DNA of 64,000 bases, taken from contig JACKOJ010000008.1 in NCBI GenBank assembly GCA_024234325.1, forward strand, positions 35,618 through 99,617. The letters are read 5' to 3'. Below the pieces are notes generated by a model. It made no database searches, was not told where the DNA came from, and saw nothing but the letters and a program-made list of their open reading frames with translations. Each line of letters begins with the position of its first letter. The first letter of the stretch is position 1. The stretch comes from Pseudomonadales bacterium. GTDB taxonomy: Bacteria; Pseudomonadota; Gammaproteobacteria; Pseudomonadales; Pseudohongiellaceae. Positions 16,513 through 24,927 of this stretch are shown one piece after another. The translations under genes and the position numbers were made by a program.

Positions 16513-18657
16513 TCAGAATGTGGTGCGAATCTTCAGAGCCACTTTCTGACCGCCACCGGCGCTGCAGGAATCCTCAATCTCCGTCAGTGCGCTGACTGCA
16601 ACCAGGCCGTCGTAACGGTAGCGGTCGCGGCAGAAATCACTGCGCAGTGTGTTCATGGATTCCAGGCGGAACGTGACGTTATTGAACGCAACTTTGGAAA
16701 TGAACAATTGCAGGTTGGGACCAGGCAGGTTCTGTTCGATCGTGTCCACGTCGATGTCCTTCTCGCCTCCCGTAATTTCCGCACTGAAATTGAACCCGTA
16801 GTTCAGGCCCAGGGCGGGAATGTCGTGGCGGAAGCCCAGTTCAACATTGCCACGACGGTTGAAACGACGGTCGGCGTGCAGAATGGGGTCGTAGACGCTG
16901 GAGTCGAAGACGTTCAACGCGCTGGTCACCAGCGCATCGGGCATGCCCAGGAAGCCGAGGCGTGTGCTGGTATCGATGAAGATGCCGTAGCGAATGCCCG
17001 AGCCGACATTGCCGGTGGTGGAAACTGGCTTGGTCGGGTCGCTGGAGATATTCACCTTGCCGATGATGTCGTCGATGTCGCGGAAGAACAGGCGTGAATT
17101 GACGACACCGCCATCATTGGGCAGGCGGTATTGCAGGCCCAGCTCGTAGCGGATTTCTTTCTCCTGGCGCAGGTCGGGGTTGCCCAGGTTGGTGTCCTTG
17201 GATGTATCCGAATTGTTGGTGGTCGCCGTGAAGCTCTCGAAGCTCAACTGGGAAACTGCGCGCTCTACGGTCGCACGCAGTTGCAGTGAGGGGTTGAGGT
17301 CAAAACGGTAATCCACTTTCGGGCGCAGGAAACCGAAATCGCGGCTGCGCTTGGCGACGCCGGTCTGATCAATGGTTGACGCCTCGTAGAGCAGGGTGCT
17401 CTCAAGGGTCATGCGCTCGTTCAGGGTCCAGTTGTGCACGGCAAAGCCTTCGTAGCGCATTTCCTGCACCGTGGAGCCGGCATTGGACGCGCTGAGTACG
17501 GGAGGCAGATTGCCGAATTCCGGTCGTGCGGCACCAGAGGCGGAGGACGAACCCAGGTACAGGGCGGTGTCCAGAATCGTCTGTGCGCGCTCCAGGCCCA
17601 GTTGCATGTCCTGCCCCTCACTCAGGTTCCAGCTATAGGAGGCCTGGGCGATGCGCTCGCGCGTGCGCTTGTCGGAACGAAGATACTGATTCAGGTCATG
17701 GGCATCGTTCAGCGTGGTGTAGCGCTCGCGAACACTGTTGCGAATCTCGTTATTGGTAATGAACAGGAACTGGAAGCGGCTGCCGCTGGTGAAATTGTGT
17801 TCGTAATTGCCGCCAATTTCCCAGTTGTTTTCTTCGCGATCCGTCAGCTCCTGTTCGGATTTGGTAATGACCGAGAGATCGGATCCGAGGAAGTTCCTGC
17901 GGTTTACAGTGTTGGGATGGCTGCCGTCAGAATACAGGGCGTTGAACTGAATGCGGTCGCGCTCGAAGTCGTAGCCCAGGTTCATGGTGGTTTGCACCGC
18001 ATCCTGATCGCGGCGGTTGGATTCCTTCACCAGCTCGGTCAGCGTCAGGTCCGGAGAATAGTTGTACTCGGTCCGCATGTAGGAGTTATAGCGGGGGTCG
18101 AGCTGCAGGCCGAACAGGTAGTTCAGGTTGCCGGTCTGGCCGCCATAGGAAACCGAGGCACCGGGATCCACCTTGTCGTCGTGATGGTAGTCCATGTTGA
18201 CTTCGGCAGACAGGCTGGAGCGGCTCAGGGCTTCCTTGAGCACGACATTCACTACCTGGCTGGCGCCACGGACATCCAGCGCGCCGGAGCTGCCGCGGAT
18301 GATTTCGATGCGGTCCACCTGATCAGCGGCGATACGCTGCAACTGGTCGTTGGCGGAGTTGTCCTTGCCGGCGAGGCGTTTGCCGTTAATCAGCAGGTCG
18401 CCGCCAGAGCCGAGGCCGCGGTTGTTGCCGCCGCCCCGTCTGTTGTCCAGGTTGACCCCGGGAATACGGGCAATCATGTCATTGGCAGATACGGGTGTGT
18501 ACTGATCGAAGAATGACGCTTCGTAGACGACGGTGGTGTCATCACCACCGGCTTCCTGCGCCTGCAGATGCGTGGCGGCAAGGATGGATGCTGTAAGTGC
18601 GGTAAGTCTTAATGTGTTGCGAAATGCAGGCTGAAAAAACAACTGCCCCATTGTCAT
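16513..18657 (-). CDS. TonB-dependent outer-membrane receptor
   Basis: 714 aa. Signal peptide, plug-region motifs (IEIIRGSSGALDVRGASQVVNVV), and a terminal ...KIRTTF aromatic residue. Confidence 0.9.
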   Translation of the reverse strand: MTMGQLFFQPAFRNTLRLTALTASILAATHLQAQEAGGDDTTVVYEASFFDQYTPVSANDMIARIPGVNLDNRRGGGNNRGLGSGGDLLINGKRLAGKDNSANDQLQRIAADQVDRIEIIRGSSGALDVRGASQVVNVVLKEALSRSSLSAEVNMDYHHDDKVDPGASVSYGGQTGNLNYLFGLQLDPRYNSYMRTEYNYSPDLTLTELVKESNRRDQDAVQTTMNLGYDFERDRIQFNALYSDGSHPNTVNRRNFLGSDLSVITKSEQELTDREENNWEIGGNYEHNFTSGSRFQFLFITNNEIRNSVRERYTTLNDAHDLNQYLRSDKRTRERIAQASYSWNLSEGQDMQLGLERAQTILDTALYLGSSSASGAARPEFGNLPPVLSASNAGSTVQEMRYEGFAVHNWTLNERMTLESTLLYEASTIDQTGVAKRSRDFGFLRPKVDYRFDLNPSLQLRATVERAVSQLSFESFTATTNNSDTSKDTNLGNPDLRQEKEIRYELGLQYRLPNDGGVVNSRLFFRDIDDIIGKVNISSDPTKPVSTTGNVGSGIRYGIFIDTSTRLGFLGMPDALVTSALNVFDSSVYDPILHADRRFNRRGNVELGFRHDIPALGLNYGFNFSAEITGGEKDIDVDTIEQNLPGPNLQLFISKVAFNNVTFRLESMNTLRSDFCRDRYRYDGLVAVSALTEIEDSCSAGGGQKVALKIRTTF

Positions 18658-18948
18658 GTGATCTCCGGAATGTAACGAAAATACGTTGAATGTCGTTAGA
18701 GGTTCCGTTCAACGCCTGACATGGCCCTGAGCGAATTCTTAAAAAAAGCCAATCTTACAACAACTTAGCGTATCCAAGAAAGTAATAAATTGTGATCAAT
18801 ACCGACTAATTGCACGTGAATTATGGCAATTTTCTGGCAATTGGCCCTTTGGCGCCTGTTGTGCCGTTGCCTGGCCGGGGGGCGTGCTTTGCGATTTCAG
18901 GCGCATTTGCTCATAATGTGCGCCTTCATTTTACGGGGGTAGGGGCCT

Positions 18949-20619
18949 ATGCAGCGCGAATCAATGGAAGTGGATGTAGTGATTGTCGGAGCCGGGCCAG
19001 CCGGGCTCTCCACTGCCTGTCGCCTGTTGCAACTTGCTGCCGAAGCCCAGGCCGAGATCAGCGTCTGTGTGCTGGAAAAGGGCTCCGAGGTCGGGGCACA
19101 TATCCTCTCTGGCGCAGTATTTGAAACCAGCGCACTTGATGAGCTCTTCCCCGACTGGAAGGACCGTGGCGCTCCCCTGAACACCGCGGTCACGGGCGAT
19201 GACGTCTACTATCTGTCCGGCCCGGAAAAGGGCATTCGCTTCCCGGGCCTGCTGGTGCCGCGTCCGATGCACAACGATGGCAACTACATCATCTCCCTGG
19301 GCAATCTCTGCCGCTGGCTGGCGGAGCAGGCGTCAGAGCTCGGCGCCGAAATTTTCCCGGGCTTCGCTGCTGCGGAAATCCTGTATCACGAAGATGGCAG
19401 TGTAAAAGGCGTTGCCACCGGTGATATGGGGGTGGATGCCGAGGGACAGCACAAGGACAGTTTCGAGCCCGGTTTCGAGTTCCACGCCAAATACACCATT
19501 TTTGCCGAGGGTTGCCGCGGTCATCTGGGCAAGGAGCTGATCAAGCGTTTCAATCTGGACGCCAATGCCGACCCGCAGCACTATGGCATCGGCTTCAAGG
19601 AGATCTGGGAGATCCCGCCCGAAAAGCACAAGGAAGGCCTCGTGGTGCATACCGCCGGTTACCCGATGGTGGGGGCGAGCTATGCTGGTTCCAGCGGCGG
19701 CTATCTCTATCATTTTGAAAACCATCAGGTCTCCCTCGGCCTCATCGTGGACCTCGCCTACAGCAATCCGCATATCAGCCCGTTCGACGAGTTCCAGAAG
19801 TTCAAGCAGCACCCCGTCATCCGGCAGTATATCGAGGGTGGCAAGCGGGTCAGCTACGGTGCCCGCGCGCTCAACAAGGGGGGGCTGAACTCCCTGCCCC
19901 GGATGCATTTCCCCGGCGGCCTGCTGATCGGCTGTGACGCCGGCACCCTGAACGCGGCCAAGATCAAGGGCAGTCATACGGCAATGAAATCCGGCATGCT
20001 GGCGGCGGAAACGCTGTTCGAGTCCCTGCAGTCTGTGGCAGAGGGGGGGGAGGTTCAGAAAGATCTCGACACCTATGCGGCGCGCTTCAAGGCATCCAGC
20101 CTTTATGCGGAGCTGTATAAAACGCGCAATTTCAGTGCCGGTTTCCACAAGTTGGGTTTCTGGCTGGGCAGTGCGCTGGTGTTTCTGGAGCACAATATTC
20201 TTGGCGGTCGTTTCCCCATGACCTTCCGAGACAGGACGCCGGATTACGCACAGTTGAAACCTGCTGCCCAGTGTCCCCGAATCGACTACGCGAAGCCTGA
20301 CGGCAAGATCAGTTTTGACAAGCTCTCCTCGGTGTTCCTGTCCAACACCAATCATGAGGAGAATCAGCCCTGTCATCTGAAGCTGCTTGACCCTTCCATT
20401 CCCATCGGGAAGAACCTGCCGCTCTACGACGAGCCGGCGCAGCGCTATTGCCCTGCCGGGGTGTATGAAGTCGTGAGCGAGGCGGATGGCAGTCACCGTT
20501 TCCAGATCAATGCGCAGAACTGCGTGCACTGCAAGACCTGCGATATCAAGGACCCGGCACAGAATATCCAGTGGGTGGCGCCCGAGGGTGGGGGCGGCCC
20601 GAATTACCCGAACATGTAA
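18949..20619 (+). CDS. Electron-transfer flavoprotein:ubiquinone oxidoreductase (ETF-QO)
   Basis: 556 aa. FAD motif VIVGAGPAGLS and a C-terminal 4Fe-4S region CVHCKTCDIKDP...PEGGGGPNYPNM. Confidence 0.92.
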   Translation: MQRESMEVDVVIVGAGPAGLSTACRLLQLAAEAQAEISVCVLEKGSEVGAHILSGAVFETSALDELFPDWKDRGAPLNTAVTGDDVYYLSGPEKGIRFPGLLVPRPMHNDGNYIISLGNLCRWLAEQASELGAEIFPGFAAAEILYHEDGSVKGVATGDMGVDAEGQHKDSFEPGFEFHAKYTIFAEGCRGHLGKELIKRFNLDANADPQHYGIGFKEIWEIPPEKHKEGLVVHTAGYPMVGASYAGSSGGYLYHFENHQVSLGLIVDLAYSNPHISPFDEFQKFKQHPVIRQYIEGGKRVSYGARALNKGGLNSLPRMHFPGGLLIGCDAGTLNAAKIKGSHTAMKSGMLAAETLFESLQSVAEGGEVQKDLDTYAARFKASSLYAELYKTRNFSAGFHKLGFWLGSALVFLEHNILGGRFPMTFRDRTPDYAQLKPAAQCPRIDYAKPDGKISFDKLSSVFLSNTNHEENQPCHLKLLDPSIPIGKNLPLYDEPAQRYCPAGVYEVVSEADGSHRFQINAQNCVHCKTCDIKDPAQNIQWVAPEGGGGPNYPNM

Positions 20620-20705
20620 ACGCTCCCAGCGCCGGGCAGGGTGACTTGCCAAGCCGATCTGTCGCAGAGTACCCTCAAGGGGTGCTTGCAGACGGAGCGT
20701 TTATC

Positions 20706-22265
20706 ATGCGTGTATTGCTGGTCCTCATCGCCCTTGTCGCCTTGCAGAGCCAGGCGGCGGAAGAGCAGACGCTTGCCACCGCCCGCTGGTTCACCGTGCA
20801 GACCGAAAACTTCGACTTTTTCTCCCGTCTTTCCCGCGAGCAGACAGAGCAGCGTGCACTGGCATTTGAACAGTGGCGCCAGGCAGCGCTTGAGGTGCTG
20901 GGCGTGGCCGACACCCAGTCACGGGACCCCATCAGAACAGCGATCTATCTGTTTGAAGACGACGGCGATTTTGCCCTGTTTGCCGACAACAACGATCCCG
21001 CCTATCTCTACTCTTCACCTCGCGAGAACTTCATCATCGCCCGCAACAGCGATGCAGGTTTTGACCTGGCTCAGCACCACTATGCGCATTTCCTCATCAA
21101 CAACAATCCGGCGGGAGTGCCGCGTTGGTATGAAGAGGGTATGGGGCAGTACCTTGGGCGCCTGGAGGCGACCCGGGACGGCATCGAGTTGCGCGCGCTG
21201 ACAGCAGAGGAAACTGCGGTCGCCGCAGCGTTCAACCGGGAGCTGGGCATGGATGAACTGCTGTACGACGATGCAGCGCTGGCGTCTCCCCGCCAGATCC
21301 AGATTGCCAATCTCAAGGCTGCCTTTCTGGTGCAGTTTCTGCTGCATGGGCACGAACACGATGGCTTCGCCGATCGTCGCGACGTGCTGCGCCGCTATCT
21401 CGAATTTCTGCAGCAGGGGCGCAACGATCGTTTCGCCTATGACCAATCGTTCAAGGTCTCTGTAAGGCGCCTGAGCAGAGAGTTTGAGGACTACCTGGAT
21501 GCGCTGCAGAAGAAACCGGACGAGACCCATATCGTGTTCCCCGTAACACCCGTTCCGGAACTGCAGGTGCGTGAGATTGTGGGTGACGAAGTGGAGCTGG
21601 CGCTGGCCGAGCTGGCGCTGTTCTCCGGCCGCTTTCCCATGGCCAGGTTTCTGTTTGATGGCCTGAAGGGCTCGGAGCTTGCCGGTGGGCGTGCCTGGTC
21701 CGGTTTTGCGGACGCAATCCGCATGAGCGAGGATGGCCAATTCATCGCGGTGAACGAGGCGCCGGTTGCGGATGACCTCGAATCTCTTTATGAACAAGCC
21801 ATTGCCGTGTCTCCCCAGGACTACCAGTTGTATCTCGACTTTGGTCAGTTTTACGACGCGAGCCTGAGCGATTGTCAGCGCCCCCTGGATGCTGCTGAAC
21901 GTCAGCGCATGGAGAACGAAATGGCGCGCCGTTTCGGGGAAGCTCTGGCGCTGAATCCGGAGCCGGCAGAGGTCAATCTGTCCTATGCGCAACTGTTCCT
22001 GCTGGAAGGGAAAGACTGGCACGAAGGTCTTGTTTACCAGGATAAGGCCTTTGCACTGCTGCCTTCCGATACCTTTGTGCTGGAGCAGCAGATCGAGTAT
22101 GCCATTGCGGCCAGGGATTTTGACCGTGCCGAGGCCCTGATAGCCCGTATGGCGCGTCCGATGCATTTTCTGGGGGATGCGCCCTGGATCAGTGAACTGA
22201 GAGAGAGGCTGCGGGCGGCCAGGCGGGGCAGGGCCTTCGACCCTTGCGCCGAGGTCATGCCCTAG
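20706..22265 (+). CDS. Exported protein: degenerate gluzincin (MA)-like region plus C-terminal TPR-like helical repeats
   Basis: Start trimmed to MRVLLVLIALVALQSQA (signal peptide); the track start at 20571 overlaps ETF-QO. HHYAH occupies the HExxH position, followed by WYEEGMGQY. Confidence 0.6.
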   Translation: MRVLLVLIALVALQSQAAEEQTLATARWFTVQTENFDFFSRLSREQTEQRALAFEQWRQAALEVLGVADTQSRDPIRTAIYLFEDDGDFALFADNNDPAYLYSSPRENFIIARNSDAGFDLAQHHYAHFLINNNPAGVPRWYEEGMGQYLGRLEATRDGIELRALTAEETAVAAAFNRELGMDELLYDDAALASPRQIQIANLKAAFLVQFLLHGHEHDGFADRRDVLRRYLEFLQQGRNDRFAYDQSFKVSVRRLSREFEDYLDALQKKPDETHIVFPVTPVPELQVREIVGDEVELALAELALFSGRFPMARFLFDGLKGSELAGGRAWSGFADAIRMSEDGQFIAVNEAPVADDLESLYEQAIAVSPQDYQLYLDFGQFYDASLSDCQRPLDAAERQRMENEMARRFGEALALNPEPAEVNLSYAQLFLLEGKDWHEGLVYQDKAFALLPSDTFVLEQQIEYAIAARDFDRAEALIARMARPMHFLGDAPWISELRERLRAARRGRAFDPCAEVMP

Positions 22266-22297
22266 CGCCCACAAGAGAAACAAGCAGGAGTCCTGTT

Positions 22298-23728
22298 ATG
22301 CGATTCCTTATGCGGGCCGGTATCTGTGCACTGGTGCTTTGCGGCACTGGTGCCCATGCCGGCATTCTGGATCCGGAAAGCGAAGCGAACCCGGCGCTGG
22401 CAGCCATTGCCGATACGCTGGAGAGCCAGGGTCTGGACATTGCCTTCAATCTCAACCTGCGCGAGCTGGCATCGCGCACGCCCGTACGGCCCCGTGTCGG
22501 CCAGCTTGCCGATCTTCCCGCCATGAGCCTGCCTTTGAGTCCCGAACTGCTGCAGTGGGAGCAAGCCTTCGCGCGCGGAGAAATTGGCGTGCTGGCGCTG
22601 TTGCCTGCTGCAGAAGGCCTGCCCCTGTCTCAAGCGGTCTTCTATCCCCACTGGCTGGCGGCAGCACCTGAGAGCCGTATGCTGATCAGCTACGCGTCCG
22701 GGGACGCGGATCTGGCCGCCGCGCTTGCGGCAGCGCTGGGAGACGAGCTGTCGGTCCTGCTTCTTGCGCCGGGAGATGGAGAACTGCCGGAGCAGGCCGG
22801 CCGTCTTTATGCCGTCGCCGGGCAGCGCTGGGTGCTCGATTCCGTGGCGGCCCGAGAGTACCGCAGCGAAATTCCGGAATTTCAGTATCTGGGGGAAAGC
22901 CTGCGTCGCGACAGCGATTCGGTGTTGAACCCCGACAGCCGAGCCAACCGGCGCCTGGCGTCTGCGGAACCCGCCATCTTTCTGAAGGAGAGTCTGGGAG
23001 ACGAATTCGAGGCTTCCACCATCCCCGAGATCATTGTGCCGGGCGGTATCGCCTTCGGCGAGACGGCCACGTTTCCCGTGAGCGATCTTGCGTTGAGGTT
23101 CGAGCAGCAACGCCTGTGGCTGATGGACGGCGACGGCGTGCGTTACTCTCTGCCGCAGGAGGCCTTGCCGCTCTGGAAAGCCGCCTACGATTTTTCGGCA
23201 AGGTCGTCACGGATCGACTCCGACGCGATTGTGGACATAGACGAGAGAGGGCGGGTGCGCATTTCCTCAGCGCTTGAAGACACTGATCTTGGCTACGATC
23301 TGGTGCGTATTGACACGGAGCCCTTCAACTACGTCCAGCGCCTGGATGTGCGCAAGAGCGTCATCATTGACAGTCGGGTTCAGTTTGACAGTCAGGGTGA
23401 GGCGATGGACTTCACGACGGACTACGAGGTGCGTTTCCTGCAGGCGGACCGCATGCGTATTGCGCGCACCCAGGCAGCCATTGTGTACCGCTATCGCTCG
23501 CTCGATGGCGGTATCACCCATATCGATGACTGGGGGCCGGAGGCCTTCAAGCTGGAAGGTCGCACCGACTTCGACGGGCTTGGCGACAGCACCCTTCCAG
23601 CGGCACGTTATGCCGCCTGGATTGCGCTGTTCCGGAGTGTGCACGAGCAGACGCTGCCCTTCACCTACGGGCGTTATGAATTCCTCAAACTGGAGAAGGC
23701 AGGCCGGGCGACGCCTGCCAGAATGTGA
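22298..23728 (+). CDS. Exported protein of unknown function
   Basis: Start trimmed to MRFLMRAGICALVLCGTGAHA (signal peptide). 476 aa with no motif I recognise. The stop overlaps the next start (GTGA). Confidence 0.6.
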   Translation: MRFLMRAGICALVLCGTGAHAGILDPESEANPALAAIADTLESQGLDIAFNLNLRELASRTPVRPRVGQLADLPAMSLPLSPELLQWEQAFARGEIGVLALLPAAEGLPLSQAVFYPHWLAAAPESRMLISYASGDADLAAALAAALGDELSVLLLAPGDGELPEQAGRLYAVAGQRWVLDSVAAREYRSEIPEFQYLGESLRRDSDSVLNPDSRANRRLASAEPAIFLKESLGDEFEASTIPEIIVPGGIAFGETATFPVSDLALRFEQQRLWLMDGDGVRYSLPQEALPLWKAAYDFSARSSRIDSDAIVDIDERGRVRISSALEDTDLGYDLVRIDTEPFNYVQRLDVRKSVIIDSRVQFDSQGEAMDFTTDYEVRFLQADRMRIARTQAAIVYRYRSLDGGITHIDDWGPEAFKLEGRTDFDGLGDSTLPAARYAAWIALFRSVHEQTLPFTYGRYEFLKLEKAGRATPARM

Positions 23729-24927
23729 TTGTGATGAGTGTTGAAAAATCTCTGACAAGAATCGTATTGCTTGGCTTCATGTGCCTGCTGCTGCCGGCGT
23801 GCAATTTCGCCCGTCTGGACATGGATTTTTCAGCCGACCGCCGCTTTGAGAATCGTATTCTTGACCAGAAGCAGGACATGTTTGCGGATGTCGATCCCAT
23901 GGCCCTGAACCAGGAGATCATCGATTACATCGAGGAGCATGTGCGCAACCGGACCTCGTCGATGAAGATCGTCGATCAGCTTCAGACTCTGCTGTTCGAC
24001 CCGGAGTTTCTCAATATCGAGTACGATGACCAGATTACCCGGACCGCCATCGGGACGTTCGAGGATCGCCGCGGCAATTGCCTGTCTGTGGTCAATCTTT
24101 ACATTGCCATGGCCCGGCACTTCGGGGTGGATGCCCGCTTTCAGACCGTAAAGGTACGCCCGAGCTGGGATCGTCGAGGCGAGATGCTGGTGCTCAGTCA
24201 GCATATCAATGCCATCGGGCGCTTCAGTCAGAGCACCATGTACGTGGTGGACTTTACGCCGGAGATCACCTTGCAGCAGCTCACCGCCAGCACGGTTGAT
24301 GATCGCGAGGCGCGCGCCCTGTACTTCAATAACCTGGGTGTGGAGGCGTTGATTCTCAACGACTACGACACCTCTGTGGCCTATTTCAAGAACGCGCTTT
24401 TTCTGGACCCCAAGCTCTCCATCGCCTGGAACAATATTGCAACCGCCTACAGCCGAATGGACGACAAGGAGATCGCCGAGTACGCCTATCGCAAGGCCTA
24501 CACGCTGGATCAAAGCAATGCCACTGCCATCAACAATCTGGTCAAGTATTACAACAGCATCGGCGATACCGAAACCGCCGAGCGCTACAGCCGGGCCATC
24601 GAGCGCTTCAACAACAGAAACCCGTATTTTCATTACACACAGGGCAATCTTGCCTACGCCGACGGAAACTACGAGCTGGCAAGAGACCACTACCGGGAAG
24701 CGATTCGACGTAAGGATGCCGAGCCGGATTTCTACCTGGCGCTGAGTAAAACCTACGAACAACTGGGCAATGCGGAAGAAGCGACCAGAATGTATGACAT
24801 GGCACGTCTTATCGTGATCGCCATGGGCGATATGTATCTTCCAAGCAAGAACAAGGTGCGTATTGTGGATGACAAGAGCATCCTGCGCTCCACCAGTACA
24901 GGAATCAGCGTGCGCACCAGCCGTTGA
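23725..24927 (+). CDS. Lipoprotein with a transglutaminase-like Cys protease core and TPR repeats
   Basis: LLPAC lipobox. Cys-His-Asp contexts RRGNCLS, SQHINAIG and YVVDF. Several TPR-like repeats (AWNNIATAYSRM..., AINNLVKYYNSIG..., YLALSKTYEQLG...). Start could be 23725, 23731 or 23734. Confidence 0.7.
   Translation: MIVMSVEKSLTRIVLLGFMCLLLPACNFARLDMDFSADRRFENRILDQKQDMFADVDPMALNQEIIDYIEEHVRNRTSSMKIVDQLQTLLFDPEFLNIEYDDQITRTAIGTFEDRRGNCLSVVNLYIAMARHFGVDARFQTVKVRPSWDRRGEMLVLSQHINAIGRFSQSTMYVVDFTPEITLQQLTASTVDDREARALYFNNLGVEALILNDYDTSVAYFKNALFLDPKLSIAWNNIATAYSRMDDKEIAEYAYRKAYTLDQSNATAINNLVKYYNSIGDTETAERYSRAIERFNNRNPYFHYTQGNLAYADGNYELARDHYREAIRRKDAEPDFYLALSKTYEQLGNAEEATRMYDMARLIVIAMGDMYLPSKNKVRIVDDKSILRSTSTGISVRTSR

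Noticed and set aside
18740-18815. AT-rich stretch upstream of the TonB-dependent receptor, examined for a Fur box
   Set aside because: The best by-eye alignments to GATAATGATAATCATTATC match only about half the positions, and I found no B12-box or other riboswitch core either. Regulation of the receptor operon remains unassigned.
18824-18839. TGGCAATTTTCTGGCA, which fits GG-N10-GC of sigma54 promoters, upstream of ETF-QO
   Set aside because: The -12 element is TGGCA rather than TTGCA. No enhancer-binding protein or upstream activator repeats are nearby, and ETF-QO is not a typical sigma54 target. It is more likely a chance direct repeat of TGGCAAT.
20571-20705. 5' extensions of track ORFs that overlap upstream genes or promoters (20571, 22244, 33577, 35717, 40376, 51103, 62778, 62805, 13206, 9710, 3080)
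   Set aside because: In each case an internal start gives a canonical N-terminus or signal peptide and removes the overlap with an upstream gene, terminator or promoter. The extended versions encode Arg/Pro-rich non-conserved-looking leaders.
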